Source of the DNA: an uncultured Bacillales bacterium
GTDB lineage: Bacteria > Bacillota_I > Bacilli_A > RFN20 > CAG-826
NCBI GenBank assembly: GCA_947302535.1
Contig: CAMYVX010000003.1
Coordinates: forward strand, 6,593-70,592
Length of the DNA stretch: 64,000 nt
Direction: 5' to 3'
Part shown: in pieces, positions 40,875 to 52,300 of the stretch
How the letters are laid out: each line of letters begins with the position of its first letter
Numbering within the stretch: position 1 is the stretch's first letter
Made by a program: the position numbers and the translations under genes
The notes under the pieces: generated by a model
Told to the model about the DNA's origin: nothing
Seen by the model: only the letters and a program-made list of their open reading frames with translations
The model's database searches: none

Positions 40875-42341
40875 TTATTTATCGATTTTATTGATATCTT
40901 CGTTTATTTCGTCGACCTCTTCACTCAAATGATGAGTGACAGAGGATATGGCTTCTCCGATTGCCTCACGGATGTTATTAATGCCAAACACGCCATTATG
41001 TTTAAGATAGTAATCTTTTCTTTTGCCTTTCAAGCCACGAATACCGATGATAATAACAGCAACAGAAACATAGAAAGAATAAACACTAACAAAGATGCCA
41101 ATGATTGTGGAAGTCACTCTTAAGGCTTCGCTCTCTAAAGAGAAGGAAAGCATCACTATTGTTTTTGCTAAAGTAAAGATTGATATTAGAATATCAATAT
41201 AAGCATTAACTAAAAACATTGGTTCGATATTCTCTTTAGCAAACTTATAACTCTTAGCGCCGATAAATATCTTGAAAAAAGCCCAAGGGACAAATACACC
41301 AAACGCCACGAAAGCTTTTGTGTCGTTATAATCAAGTTTTTGGAAAGCTTGAACGCCAAAAATAGAACTTAATACACCATAGGCAATCAAGAGAATGGCG
41401 GTATAGATAAGCAATTGATGCTTCTTAACAAATTGTTTGTATGGATCTTCTTCTCTTCTTTCGATTTGTTTCTTTTTAAAGAAAGATGGGATTTTAATAA
41501 GAAGAATAATCAAGTATAAAATGGCAAAGGTACCATAAATATCAGGGAATTGGAATGAAAGTACAGTTGATATAACAAGCAAGATGAAGCATGAGAAAAC
41601 ACTAAACCAGAAAGGAATATCGTGTTGGATAAGCACTTGTTTAGTGTGCTCTAGGTTATTTCTTAAATCGAATGCCTCGTCATCAACCCCAGAATAATAA
41701 GTAGCGATTGAAAAATAGAGATTCTGCATCAAAAGAATCATGCCTAAGATAATCTCAATAACGCTTAAGATTAGATAAACATCGCTAAGTCCCAATAGAC
41801 CATCACGAGTAACAACATTTAAACTGTTACCCATAATCTTAAAATTACTTAAAAAGTAAAATAAGAAAATAATGAACAAGTATAAGGTAATGTTAGCGTA
41901 GTGATTTCTAAAACCAATATAACCAGTATCTCCTTGTTTCATTAATTTATTAAAATAAATTACGATAAAGATGCGGAAACAAATAGCCATAAAGACTAAA
42001 GAAAGATTAACGAGAGCTAGCCAGTTATCCGTTCCAACTGGGAATGCCACCGTCAAGAAAAGCACTGTTAAAACAAATAAAGGATTGACCGCCAATTCAT
42101 AACGGGCAAGTTTTTTACAAAACTTCGCTGGTTCGATCTTCTTTTTTAGCATAATAGCCCATCTTAAATTCATTATTCCTTCGAATAAAGCTGAGAAAGA
42201 GAAAATGGTATATGGCAAACCATAAATCCCTAACTTATTAGGAAAGAAATGCTGGGTAAGAAAAAGCGGCACCATAGCAAACGAGAATATGGATACGATT
42301 AATAAGAATCTATATGCCCTCTTATCGAAACTTAATTTCAT
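40875..42341 (-). CDS. Polytopic membrane protein, unknown function
   Basis: 488 aa with at least ten hydrophobic segments; no catalytic motif recognised. Confidence 0.5.
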   Translation of the reverse strand: MKLSFDKRAYRFLLIVSIFSFAMVPLFLTQHFFPNKLGIYGLPYTIFSFSALFEGIMNLRWAIMLKKKIEPAKFCKKLARYELAVNPLFVLTVLFLTVAFPVGTDNWLALVNLSLVFMAICFRIFIVIYFNKLMKQGDTGYIGFRNHYANITLYLFIIFLFYFLSNFKIMGNSLNVVTRDGLLGLSDVYLILSVIEIILGMILLMQNLYFSIATYYSGVDDEAFDLRNNLEHTKQVLIQHDIPFWFSVFSCFILLVISTVLSFQFPDIYGTFAILYLIILLIKIPSFFKKKQIERREEDPYKQFVKKHQLLIYTAILLIAYGVLSSIFGVQAFQKLDYNDTKAFVAFGVFVPWAFFKIFIGAKSYKFAKENIEPMFLVNAYIDILISIFTLAKTIVMLSFSLESEALRVTSTIIGIFVSVYSFYVSVAVIIIGIRGLKGKRKDYYLKHNGVFGINNIREAIGEAISSVTHHLSEEVDEINEDINKIDK

Positions 42342-42481
42342 GTTTGTTATTTTAATAAGAAGAGACGAAAAGTCAAAGCGAAAATAATGTGCGTATACGT
42401 AAAAAAACGGTTATTTTATACATATTTAACTACTAGTTTTCTACTAACTACAAAATGTAATACTATGTATTAAAAATAATT

Positions 42482-42508
42482 TTAGCACTTGCACTTGTAG
42501 AGTGCTAA
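42482..42508. promoter_or_regulatory. CIRCE operator (HrcA binding site) overlapping the clpB promoter
   Basis: TTAGCACTT-N9-GAGTGCTAA matches consensus TTAGCACTC-N9-GAGTGCTAA at 17 of 18; followed by TGTTACAAT extended -10 and RBS aaggagg. Confidence 0.8.
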
Positions 42509-42555
42509 TTTTGTGTTACAATATAATTGCTTGAAGGCAGAAGGAGGTATATTTT

Positions 42556-44673
42556 ATGAACATGAATCAAATGCCTGATTATGAAAATGATAAAGATGTC
42601 CTTCAAAAATTTGGTCGTAACATTAATGAAGAAGTCAAGAAAGGGAAGATCGACCCAGTCATCGGACGTGACGAAGAAATAAGAAAGATTATCGAAATAC
42701 TCGCACGCAAAACCAAGAACAACGTTATTCTTTTAGGTGAACCTGGTGTTGGTAAAACCGCAATTCTTGAAGGTTTAGCGGAACGTATCGTTAAAAACGA
42801 TGTCCCCACTATTCTTAAAGATAAAACTATTTATGAATTGGATATGGGCGCTCTTGTTGCGGGTGCTAAATATCGTGGTGAATTTGAAGAAAGGCTAAAG
42901 GCAGTTTTAAATAAGATCAAAGAATCAGAAGGAAAGATTATTCTTTTCATTGATGAAATCCATCTAATTGTGGGAGCCGGTCGTACTGATGGAGCTCTTG
43001 ATGCTTCTAATATGTTAAAGCCTATGCTAGCTAGAGGTGAAATCGATTGTATCGGTGCCACTACTCTAAAAGAGTATCGTGAATATATTGAAAAAGATAG
43101 GGCCCTAGAAAGAAGATTCCAACCTGTTCTAGTTAATGAACCTAGTGTAGAAGATACTGTCACTATTCTTAGAGGCTTAAAGAACCGCTTTGAATCTTTC
43201 CATGGTGTCAAAATCCTTGATAGCGCTCTTATCGCAGCTGCTACTTTATCTAATAGATACCTTACCAGCAGATTCCTTCCCGATAAGGCTATCGACTTGG
43301 TCGACGAAGCTTGTGCTTCTATTAAAGTGGAACTAGCTTCTATGCCCGCTAGTTTAGATGACTTACAAAGAAAGATCCGTCAATTAGAAATTGAAAAAGT
43401 CGCTATCGCTAAGGAAACGGATAATGTTTCTAAGGCTCGTTTAGAAGATATTGAAAAAGAGTTAGTCTCTTTAAAAGAGAAAGAAAAAACTCTTCACGAT
43501 AAATGGCAAAAAGAAAAAGAAGAAATCTTACATATTCAAAAATGTAAGGAAGAACTCGAAAAAGCTCGTTTTGATCTTGAAGTGGCTTTGTCTAATTCTG
43601 AATACGAAAAAGCGGGTCAACTTAAATATAAGACTATCCCTGAACTAGAGAAGGCTTTAAAACAAGAAGATAACGAAACCACCAAAGGTGAGAAACTCTT
43701 ATCTCAAGTTGTTGATGAAGAAGAAATCGCTAAGATTATCTCTAAACAAACTAATATTCCACTATCTAAGATCGAACAAGGTGATAGAGAAAAGGTTTTA
43801 AATTTAAAACAAACTCTCAGTAAACGTGTTATCGGTCAAGACGAAGCCTTAACTTTAGTTAGTGATGCGATTATCCGTCAAAGAGCGGGTATTAAAGATA
43901 CAAATAGACCAATCGGCTCGTTCCTTTTCCTTGGTCCTACTGGCGTCGGTAAAACCGAAGTCGCTAAGGCGCTCGCGGAATCCTTATTCGATTCTGAATC
44001 TCATATTATTAGAATTGATATGTCGGAATATATGGAGAAGTATTCTACTTCCCGTCTTATCGGTGCTCCTCCAGGATATGTTGGCTATGAAGAAGGCGGC
44101 CAATTAACAGAAAAAGTAAGAAGAAGTCCATATAGTATCGTCTTATTCGATGAAATCGAAAAAGCGCATCCAGAAGTCTTTAACTTATTATTACAAATGC
44201 TTGATGATGGTCGTTTAACCGACTCTCAAGGACGTGTTGTTGATTTTAGAAACACTATTATCATTATGACTTCTAATTTAGGAAGCGAGTATTTACTTAA
44301 TAATGAGAGAGATAAAGTAGAAACTTTACTCCATCAAACCTTTAAACCTGAATTCTTAAATCGTATTGATGAGATTGTTTACTTCTCTCCTCTTTCTAAA
44401 AAAGTACAAGGTAAAGTTGTTGATAAACTCCTCAATATTCTAAAGAATAGACTTGCAGAATCTCATATTGAAATCAGTTACTCCGATAAGCTCAAGAACT
44501 ATATTTTAGAGAATGCTTATTCTCCAATCTATGGAGCGCGTCCTATTAAACGTTTCATTCAAAATAAGATTGAGACCGCGATCGCAAATGCGATTGTCGC
44601 AAATAAGATGGCGCAAGGTCATCACTATCTCATCGATATTGAAGAAGACATCATTATCAAAGAAACAAAATAG
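42556..44673 (+). CDS. clpB: Chaperone ClpB lacking the N-terminal domain
   Basis: 705 aa; two AAA+ modules ([18 protein letters not shown]) with coiled-coil middle domain between them; no ~150-aa N-domain. Confidence 0.9.
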   Translation: MNMNQMPDYENDKDVLQKFGRNINEEVKKGKIDPVIGRDEEIRKIIEILARKTKNNVILLGEPGVGKTAILEGLAERIVKNDVPTILKDKTIYELDMGALVAGAKYRGEFEERLKAVLNKIKESEGKIILFIDEIHLIVGAGRTDGALDASNMLKPMLARGEIDCIGATTLKEYREYIEKDRALERRFQPVLVNEPSVEDTVTILRGLKNRFESFHGVKILDSALIAAATLSNRYLTSRFLPDKAIDLVDEACASIKVELASMPASLDDLQRKIRQLEIEKVAIAKETDNVSKARLEDIEKELVSLKEKEKTLHDKWQKEKEEILHIQKCKEELEKARFDLEVALSNSEYEKAGQLKYKTIPELEKALKQEDNETTKGEKLLSQVVDEEEIAKIISKQTNIPLSKIEQGDREKVLNLKQTLSKRVIGQDEALTLVSDAIIRQRAGIKDTNRPIGSFLFLGPTGVGKTEVAKALAESLFDSESHIIRIDMSEYMEKYSTSRLIGAPPGYVGYEEGGQLTEKVRRSPYSIVLFDEIEKAHPEVFNLLLQMLDDGRLTDSQGRVVDFRNTIIIMTSNLGSEYLLNNERDKVETLLHQTFKPEFLNRIDEIVYFSPLSKKVQGKVVDKLLNILKNRLAESHIEISYSDKLKNYILENAYSPIYGARPIKRFIQNKIETAIANAIVANKMAQGHHYLIDIEEDIIIKETK

Positions 44674-44682
44674 AAAAATAAG

Positions 44683-44714
44683 AACCTCTTGGTTATCTAA
44701 GAGGCTCTTTTTTA
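44683..44714 (+). terminator. Rho-independent terminator downstream of clpB
   Basis: Hairpin cctcttggttatctaagagg followed by ctcttttttat. Confidence 0.65.
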
Positions 44715-44843
44715 TACTAAATTATCTACTAGTTTTATACTAATAATGCTTTCTTTACTTAGTAACTACTTTCCGCTTTCTTTAAAGCATGGGAAGAAGT
44801 CATGTTCACCATAATGACTTAGTGGTTCCGTTTACTAATTTCA

Positions 44844-45785
44844 TTATTTAGTAAACTCCTCTATAGATATATATCTATCTCCTGAATCAGGAAGAAGAAC
44901 AACAATGTTTTTTTCTTTGTTTTCTACGCGCTGGCATAATGCAAGTGCAGCTTTATATGCGGCTCCAGAAGATATTCCCACTAGTAAACCTTCCTTAGTA
45001 GCTAACTCTCTAGCGCCATCATACGCATTTTCGTTACTCACAGCGATGATTTCGTCATAAATCGACTTATCTAACGTTTTTGGCGCAAATCCCGCTCCAA
45101 TGCCCTGAATTTTGTGTTTTCCGGCTATTCCTGTAGATAAGAAGGCACTAGATTCTGGCTCTACTCCCACAATTTTGATCTTTGGATTCTTTTCTTTTAG
45201 GTATTTTCCGACTCCAGAAATAGTTCCACCAGTTCCAATGCCGGCCACAAAGATATCAATCTTACCATCAATATCAGAATATAATTCTGGTCCAGTAGTT
45301 AAATAATGAATCATAGGGTTAGAAGGATTTTCAAATTGCGATGGGATAAAGGAATTAGGATATTGTTCTTTAAGTTCATTTGCTTTAGCAATAGCCCCTT
45401 TCATCCCTAAAGAAGAATCGCTTAATACTACTTCCGCTCCATAGGCTTTCATAAAGTTAATGCGTTCCACTGACATATTAGAAGGCATAACGATAATAGC
45501 TTTATAGCCTCTAATCGCACACATTAAAGCTAAACCGATACCAGTATTCCCACTAGTGGGTTCGATAATCACAGTGTTTTGATTTATCAAGCCTTTATTT
45601 TCCGCGTCATCAATCATCGCCTTAGCAATTCTATCTTTGACACTACCTCCAGGATTAAAGAATTCAACCTTAGCAAAAAGCTTGGCTTTAAAGTGATAGG
45701 TATTTTTAATGTTCTTTAATTGCACTAAAGGAGTTTTTCCTATCAACTCATCAACGGAATTATAAATCTTCATATGTCTCACCAA
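44844..45785 (-). CDS. cysK: Cysteine synthase A (O-acetylserine sulfhydrylase)
   Basis: 313 aa; PLP lysine context and G-T-G-G-T loop (GIGTGGTISG); true start may be the second Met (MKIYNS). Confidence 0.9.
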   Translation of the reverse strand: MVRHMKIYNSVDELIGKTPLVQLKNIKNTYHFKAKLFAKVEFFNPGGSVKDRIAKAMIDDAENKGLINQNTVIIEPTSGNTGIGLALMCAIRGYKAIIVMPSNMSVERINFMKAYGAEVVLSDSSLGMKGAIAKANELKEQYPNSFIPSQFENPSNPMIHYLTTGPELYSDIDGKIDIFVAGIGTGGTISGVGKYLKEKNPKIKIVGVEPESSAFLSTGIAGKHKIQGIGAGFAPKTLDKSIYDEIIAVSNENAYDGARELATKEGLLVGISSGAAYKAALALCQRVENKEKNIVVLLPDSGDRYISIEEFTK

Positions 45786-45819
45786 CCTATAGAGAAATTA
45801 TACAAATAATTTAATCTAA

Positions 45820-45847
45820 GCAAAAGAAAAACGCTTGCTAGAAGCGT
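45820..45847 (-). terminator. Rho-independent terminator downstream of lipoprotein gene
   Basis: Hairpin acgcttgctagaagcgt plus a T-run on the minus strand. Confidence 0.5.
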
Positions 45848-45871
45848 CATTCCTTAATTAATCAGAGAGAA

Positions 45872-46981
45872 TTAGTCTTTGTTATAAATCAAATTATAGA
45901 TGATATCCATGCCATAGATTCTCGAGAAATCGTTATAGCATTCTTTAAGCGCGCTATTCTCGGTAGCGGTTTTTTCAATAAACGCTTGAGCGTTAATATC
46001 AGTGGAATTCATCTTTAAGCCAGTAAAGAATGCTTCAAATAATAGTCTAACCCTATCTTTGCTCATGGATTTAGCTTTATAGAAAGTATCATTGATAAAC
46101 CAAGACCAAGCATCAATACGTACTTCTGTTCCATCATCTAAATAAGAATAGCCATCAGGGTGAGTAGCGTCTTTATATAGACGAGTAGAAGAAGAAACGC
46201 AGAATTTTCTCCATTCCTTAATGCTGTTATTCACTACTTCGACATAATCATATTCAATAACGTATGGTTCTCTCATGTATGTGAGTTCGTGTTCGTCATT
46301 ATCAGTTTTCATCCTCATCATATAAGTAGGAGAAGCACTATTCATATCGTAATCAAGATCCATGTGGATATACCAAACTGTATGTCTAGTCTCCGCACCT
46401 TTACTTAAATTAATATTGAAAGAAACATCCGCGGTAATAAAATCAGTATCGTCAATATCAATATCTATTGATAAACCAAAGGAATAGTTGACTTTATTCT
46501 CCTCTTTTCCGTCTAATATCTCTCCAGTATTTAAATCAAAATAAATAACACCAGTGATATCGTAATAATACTTAGTTCCTAAGGAGTAGTTATCCCCAAC
46601 CTTATCTAAGACCGCATTTAAATAACGGAATTGAATCATTGGCGGTTGGTCATATGAAAGTCCTTCAATGCTGTGGCCTCTAATATCTTGATCAGTAAAA
46701 GTAGAAAGGATAGTGTCTAAGGCTACTGGATCATCATCAATTTTGCTTGCTTGGCCACCAGCATCTTCACCTTCATAAGCGCGATTAAGTCTATTGCCTC
46801 CAGAATATTTCTGGAAAGAAGTATCCACCCCTTTAAAAGCGTATTTCACTTTCTCTAATTTGCTTGTTGGTGTGGAAGGTGTGGGACTAGGAGTATCTCC
46901 GCCTTCGTTTTTATTACCACCACAACCAGTAAGTAGCAAAGAAAGAGTCATAAAAGCATAAGCAAATGGTTTCTTTTTCAT
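45872..46981 (-). CDS. Lipoprotein, unknown function
   Basis: Start moved to ATG 46981 (MKKKPFAYAFMTLSLLLTGCGG lipobox; RBS ggagg). The ORF-track 5' extension to 47086 would overlap the upstream gene. Confidence 0.6.
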   Translation of the reverse strand: MKKKPFAYAFMTLSLLLTGCGGNKNEGGDTPSPTPSTPTSKLEKVKYAFKGVDTSFQKYSGGNRLNRAYEGEDAGGQASKIDDDPVALDTILSTFTDQDIRGHSIEGLSYDQPPMIQFRYLNAVLDKVGDNYSLGTKYYYDITGVIYFDLNTGEILDGKEENKVNYSFGLSIDIDIDDTDFITADVSFNINLSKGAETRHTVWYIHMDLDYDMNSASPTYMMRMKTDNDEHELTYMREPYVIEYDYVEVVNNSIKEWRKFCVSSSTRLYKDATHPDGYSYLDDGTEVRIDAWSWFINDTFYKAKSMSKDRVRLLFEAFFTGLKMNSTDINAQAFIEKTATENSALKECYNDFSRIYGMDIIYNLIYNKD

Positions 46982-47075
46982 AAATTGCCTCCAAGGGAAT
47001 GTTCTAACTTCATAATAACAAATAAATAAGTAATAAACAAAAAAAGAAAAGAACGAATTAAAAGATTCGCTCCTT

Positions 47076-48407
47076 CTAGATATCACTCACTTCCCCTAAA
47101 TAATAAGAATTAAGCCATGTTTCTCTATCTTTAAGCCAATTAATTAAATAATCAACTTGACCGTCAAAACTCTTAATCTTCATGACCGCGCTTGGCTCAC
47201 GATTAATCTTTTTAGAAAAGATTTTCCATCTAGTAAAGTTCTCCAGGAAGTCATCGTGATAGGTTTCTCTCATATAATCGATATGCTCAATTGTTTCATC
47301 AATATAGTCTTTGATAGTAAAGAATCTTTCTTTAACCATATCATTAAACCAAGAACACTCTCTTAATAAGAGATACCAGCTATGTTGTTGCATATATCCT
47401 TGGAAATAATCATTACCAACATAGGTATACTTATTTGAACTAAACTTACTATCTTTATTATCACTATCGGCGTTGCCGCTTGATAAATCAAAATCCCAGA
47501 CTGGGCCAAAATGTAACTTACCACCTTTAGGTTTAGTGTAATAAAAGCTACCCCAGCCAACATCAAGGTTCTTAAATACTTCTTCTACGAGATAGGCATC
47601 AATCATAGATGGTAAATCAATTAAAGAAGATATTTCATCTTTATTACCACTTTGAATGGCATAGTAACAGTCATTCATATAACTCTTAAGAAAATTAAGT
47701 TGTGATTTATTAACATAATCAGATTTAACTTCATATGTTTCATAATCATCAGTTTCAATAACATCTTCCTTCGCGTTCTTATCAAGTTCTAAAAGATAGC
47801 CAATATCATCTTGCTCACCACTATCATCGATATCAACACGGTTCTTATTCACTTGGATTTGATCACACAGTTCATAAACACCTTGATATTTATCATTAAG
47901 ATAAAGTTGAACAAAACTAGAAGAAGAAACAAAAGGTAAATTGCCTAACTTATAAGCGAAATAAAAGGCGGCATCACTTCTTAATAAAGACTTGTCGCAG
48001 TGGAGTGCAAGTAAAGTCCAAGATTTAGCTTTTCCTTTGCCTTGACCTAATGGCTGATATTTTTCATTAAATTTAATACGATAAGACTTCTTCTCGGTTC
48101 CACTCCAAGAGTAGTTACCTCTACCTCTAATACCTAAAGATAAATCTTTATCATCATATTTTCCGGCGTTATCAATGTTCATTAAGGCATTAACATAGAC
48201 TTCCTTAGAATTAATAGGAGCCCCGCCTTCAGTGTTGATTGAAAATTTAGGTAAGCCCACTATTTCCTCTTCTTCCTCTTCAGGAATTGGGTCGAAAATC
48301 TCTTCTTCTTTTTCTTCCTCGCTAGATGGGTCTACTTCCTTTTTTGAACAACTTGTAAAAAGAAGAGAAGATAACAATAAAAGCAAAAAGAATTTATTTT
48401 CTTTCAT
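47076..48407 (-). CDS. CotH-kinase-family lipoprotein
   Basis: 443 aa; lipobox LLFTSCS; CotH motifs IRGRGNYS...KKSYRIKF and YYTKPKGGKLHFGPVWDFDLSSG; acidic low-complexity linker after the lipobox. Confidence 0.7.
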   Translation of the reverse strand: MKENKFFLLLLLSSLLFTSCSKKEVDPSSEEEKEEEIFDPIPEEEEEEIVGLPKFSINTEGGAPINSKEVYVNALMNIDNAGKYDDKDLSLGIRGRGNYSWSGTEKKSYRIKFNEKYQPLGQGKGKAKSWTLLALHCDKSLLRSDAAFYFAYKLGNLPFVSSSSFVQLYLNDKYQGVYELCDQIQVNKNRVDIDDSGEQDDIGYLLELDKNAKEDVIETDDYETYEVKSDYVNKSQLNFLKSYMNDCYYAIQSGNKDEISSLIDLPSMIDAYLVEEVFKNLDVGWGSFYYTKPKGGKLHFGPVWDFDLSSGNADSDNKDSKFSSNKYTYVGNDYFQGYMQQHSWYLLLRECSWFNDMVKERFFTIKDYIDETIEHIDYMRETYHDDFLENFTRWKIFSKKINREPSAVMKIKSFDGQVDYLINWLKDRETWLNSYYLGEVSDI

Positions 48408-48882
48408 CTTCTCTTAACTCCATCATATTGATGTGACAGTATCCATGAGGATTCTTATCTAAATATTTTTGATGATATTCTTCCGCTAAAAAGTATTTAT
48501 TTAAAGGTAAGATTTCAATCTTATGATTAACTAGATTAATAGAGTGAAAATAAGATAAAATCTTATCATTATCCATATCATCTAGATAATAAATACCGCT
48601 TCGATATTGGATTCCTTCATCTGCTCCTTGTTTATTTAAGGAAAAAGGATCCACCACTCTTAGATATAATTCAAGTAGTTTTTCTAAAGAAATAATATTT
48701 TCATCATAATCTATTTTGACAGTTTCAGAAGCATCATCTAATCCACTTTTTAGATCTAAATAAGTAGGATTATCCAAGTGACCATTCGCGTAACCAGAAC
48801 AAGTAGAAATAACTCCCTTAACTAAAGAGAAATATTTTTCTACTCCCCAGAAACATCCACCTGCAAAATAAATCGTCTTCAT
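48394..48882 (-). CDS. msrA: Peptide methionine sulfoxide reductase MsrA
   Basis: 162 aa; catalytic GGCFWG motif at the N-terminus; no signal peptide; 14-nt overlap with the CotH-like gene. Confidence 0.9.
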   Translation of the reverse strand: MKTIYFAGGCFWGVEKYFSLVKGVISTCSGYANGHLDNPTYLDLKSGLDDASETVKIDYDENIISLEKLLELYLRVVDPFSLNKQGADEGIQYRSGIYYLDDMDNDKILSYFHSINLVNHKIEILPLNKYFLAEEYHQKYLDKNPHGYCHINMMELREDERK

Positions 48883-48920
48883 AATGAGATATTATGGACC
48901 AACTTATTTTAATAAGCAAA

Positions 48921-49262
48921 TTATGCATATAAAAGAATTAACAAAGTAAATAATTGACTATGAGTTAAAAACCCATCGATCTCATAACGATAAGGACCAC
49001 AGTAGTCTCTAATCTTACCGTTCTCTACTTCAGCGATATATGGGCCACAATATCTTCTTAGTCTTCTACCATCAAATTCTAAAATATAAGGCCCACAATA
49101 TTGTCTAGCTCTATTCCCTTCAATCTCGTAGCGGTAGGCTCCACAATATTCTCTTATTTTATAACCATTTATTTCATATCTATATGGCCCACAATATTCC
49201 CTAATACGATTACCATCAATCTCTAGAATATAGCGACCACAATATTCTCTTACTCTTGCCAT
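48921..49262 (-). CDS. Small protein of six tandem 16-aa Cys-containing repeats plus hydrophobic C-terminal tail
   Basis: 113 aa; repeats (R/K)IREYCGPYRYEI(D/E)G(N), one Cys each, six in total; C-terminus LFTLLILLYA hydrophobic. Confidence 0.5.
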   Translation of the reverse strand: MARVREYCGRYILEIDGNRIREYCGPYRYEINGYKIREYCGAYRYEIEGNRARQYCGPYILEFDGRRLRRYCGPYIAEVENGKIRDYCGPYRYEIDGFLTHSQLFTLLILLYA

Positions 49263-49319
49263 AATAAAAATCTAGCACACTTTGCTTATTTTACGAAAAT
49301 AATTTAATTATATTGACAG

Positions 49320-52300
49320 TTATTTCTCTTCTTTTCTTTGGAAATAGAAGTATCCAACAACACCTGTTACCGCTAATAAAGAGATAGCAATAATAATGCT
49401 TAAAGATTCACTATTAGAGGTATCAATAATCGGATTCAAAATATGAGAATTAGAAATAACATAATCCCCATTAGAATATGTAATAGTTTTTCCTAAATGA
49501 GTAGCCCAAGCTTGTAATCTAGTTCTTGCTGTAGAGATGACATAATCGCTAGAAGTCATAAATGTTTCTCTTTGAGCAGCAGTCAAACCTTCAAAATACC
49601 CTTTAGCCACACTAAACTTTGTTTCACATTGATTATTTGTATCTTCATACATAATGTAGTTAGCAACATTTAATGCAGTTTCATTACCTGATTCTACTTT
49701 CTTATATATTTCAGTTGTATTACCTGTTGTCGCGTTTGTTGCATAACAACTAAAGATAGAAGGATTGTTATTATAGTTCGATCTAATTTGTCCTCTGTTA
49801 GAGGAGGCTGTAGCTTCAATGCGAGTAACACCATCAGTGATAGTAATGACGAAAGCACCGTTGATGTCATTGTTCTTTTGAGTTTTCAAGTGGTTAGCAT
49901 TAGAAGAAGCGGCGTACAAGAATCCACTACCTGTACTTAAACCAAATGATCCACTTGGTGCGCTAGAGATACCAGAAGTACTAGTTAAAGTTAATTGCTG
50001 AGGAACGTATTCTCCAGTGGTCCATGAAATTGTATTATTTGATTTTGTAACAGAAACAGCACCACGGTTAGAATTTCTTTGCTCATCACTAAGCGCTAAA
50101 TTATTACCGCTATCAGCAATAATAATCATATCTCCAATTTCTAAATCTGAAGCATCTGTCACTTTATTCCAGCTTGCTGTTCCAGTAGGAGTCTCGTAAG
50201 CTTTTCTTTGCACTTGAACAACTAAAGTTGTTTGTAATTCAGAATAAGTGATATTGAATTCTTTATTGGTTAATGAGCCACCACTAGCAGCGTCATTATA
50301 AGTGAATTGATACCCATTATTAGCGAATGTAAAACCTGTTACTTCGTTACCTAAGTTATCTTCGACATAAATATCACTAGTAGAAATACTATCTCCAGGA
50401 TGAAATGTCTTATTAACTGAAGCATAAATCGCGGTGATCTCCGCTGATAAAATTGTAATTGTATAAGTTGCGGTCTTTGTTACTGCATTTTCTGTATAAG
50501 TAACAGTGACTGTCTTATCGCCCACTGTGGACATATTAGGAGTAGAGACATTACTCGGTGTCACTATATCTTCGGTCCCGTTCTCATAATGGGCGGTAAC
50601 CACTAAACCAGAATAGTCAAAAGTATCACCACTATAGAATTCAGTTTGAACATTAGAAGTATTCAAAGTGATACTAGTTAAAGGTGAGGTTCCGGCTGAT
50701 TCAGTGGAATAATAGACCACCACTGAAGTGAACCCACAAGTTCCTCCAATAGTAGCTGATATAACATTAGCCCCATTAGTTGGAGTGACAGTTACTGTTG
50801 TGGTAGAAGCACTCGCACTAGCATTTGTCCAAGTGCTATTACCCAATGCACTAGCATAGTTATTTGATGTTGCAGTAAAAACAATACTCGTAATTGTGTA
50901 ATTAGTCGCAGGAGTAATTTGCAAAGCATTACCAGTATAGAAACGAGATGAGGTTCTATTATTTGCATCTCCGCCTAGATAGTTATTAGCGGCAGTTTTA
51001 CTGCTATCAGTTCTAATAGCTTCCATCGTGGCATAAGAATGACTCCAAGTGACAGAATTTGCTGTCGGATTAGCGTCATATGATGCAATAGCAAGATTCC
51101 AAGTGAAATCACCAGTGGATGAACCTCCTCCACCACCTCCACCAGAAGAATCAGCAACACTGATAGAGGCTGAAGCTGATTTATTACTGTTATAGGTTGA
51201 AGTCGCTGTAACTGTGCAACTACCTTTAGCTTTTGCAGTCACAACACCACTACTAGAGACAGTAGCAACGTTAGTATTAGATGAAGTCCAGTTCACAGTG
51301 GTAGGCGCACCATTAGATACATTAACAGTCGCACTTAAAGTGCCAGAGGTTGTCCCATTTAAGTCAAGACTTAATGAGGAAGGAGAAACACTAACCGAAT
51401 TAACTCTTGGCTCTGAAGAACCTCCTCCCCAAATATCATCGGCATAACCGCTATTGTCAATAAATGGGTTTCTATTACCTTGATAAGTAGCAACTTGTTC
51501 GTTTCTTCTTTGTTCAATCTCATCAACTGGATCAGAAGTATTCCAGCTCAAAAGCATTTCTAAAGCTTTGGCTTCTGTAGATTGATTTGTAATTTTAGTT
51601 AAAGATAATAAGGAAGTAGAGAAATAAGATGAGCTTCCACTTCCGTTCGTAGTTCCATGACTACCAAATAAAGTTGTGACACTATATGAATTATAATGTA
51701 GATACACGTATAAGATAATACGGGCAACATCTCCCTTTTTCGAATCTAATGGTTCAAAAGTACCGCCAGAATTGTAGCCACCTAGAGCATAGGTTGCATT
51801 GGTCCCAAACTTAGCATAAACCTTATAAGAATCTCTATTTGAAATTTCACCGTATTCATTATTGCTACGAGTAGAATTTAATCTCACTTCAGCAGGACGA
51901 AGATGATGCATATCTGCACCACCACCAGTTGTTCCCCACATTTGTGTGCCACTTGTATTAACAGAGTTAGATTGGCACCAACAGTGTTCTCTATTATATC
52001 CACCAGTTGTGCTTCCTGCGGTGGCAGACCAAGCATCAGGCCACTTCACTCCTGAATAAAATTCATAGATATAACCAGATTGCGCAACACCATTCTCATA
52101 ATAACGGTCAGTGTTCTTTTGATAACCATTTGATCCGTTATCATCATAACTTGTGTAATAACGATGTGTTGAAGTGATTAAATCATGTAACTGGGCCGCT
52201 AATTGGGTCCCACTAGTCGCGGTAATCGAATTGTAATAAGTACTGGCGTCAGTAGAATAATTACCAATAGCTTGAGCCTTTTCTATGTTTTTAGCTTTGC

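Noticed and set aside
44513-44743. ORF 44513..44743 overlapping the clpB 3' end and terminator
   Set aside because: It is out of frame within clpB and runs through the terminator hairpin.
46982-47086. 5' extension of the lipoprotein ORF (MISRRSESFNSFF...) overlapping the CotH-like gene
   Set aside because: The internal ATG at 46981 is preceded by ggagg and immediately starts a canonical lipoprotein signal peptide. The extension would overlap the upstream gene by 105 nt.
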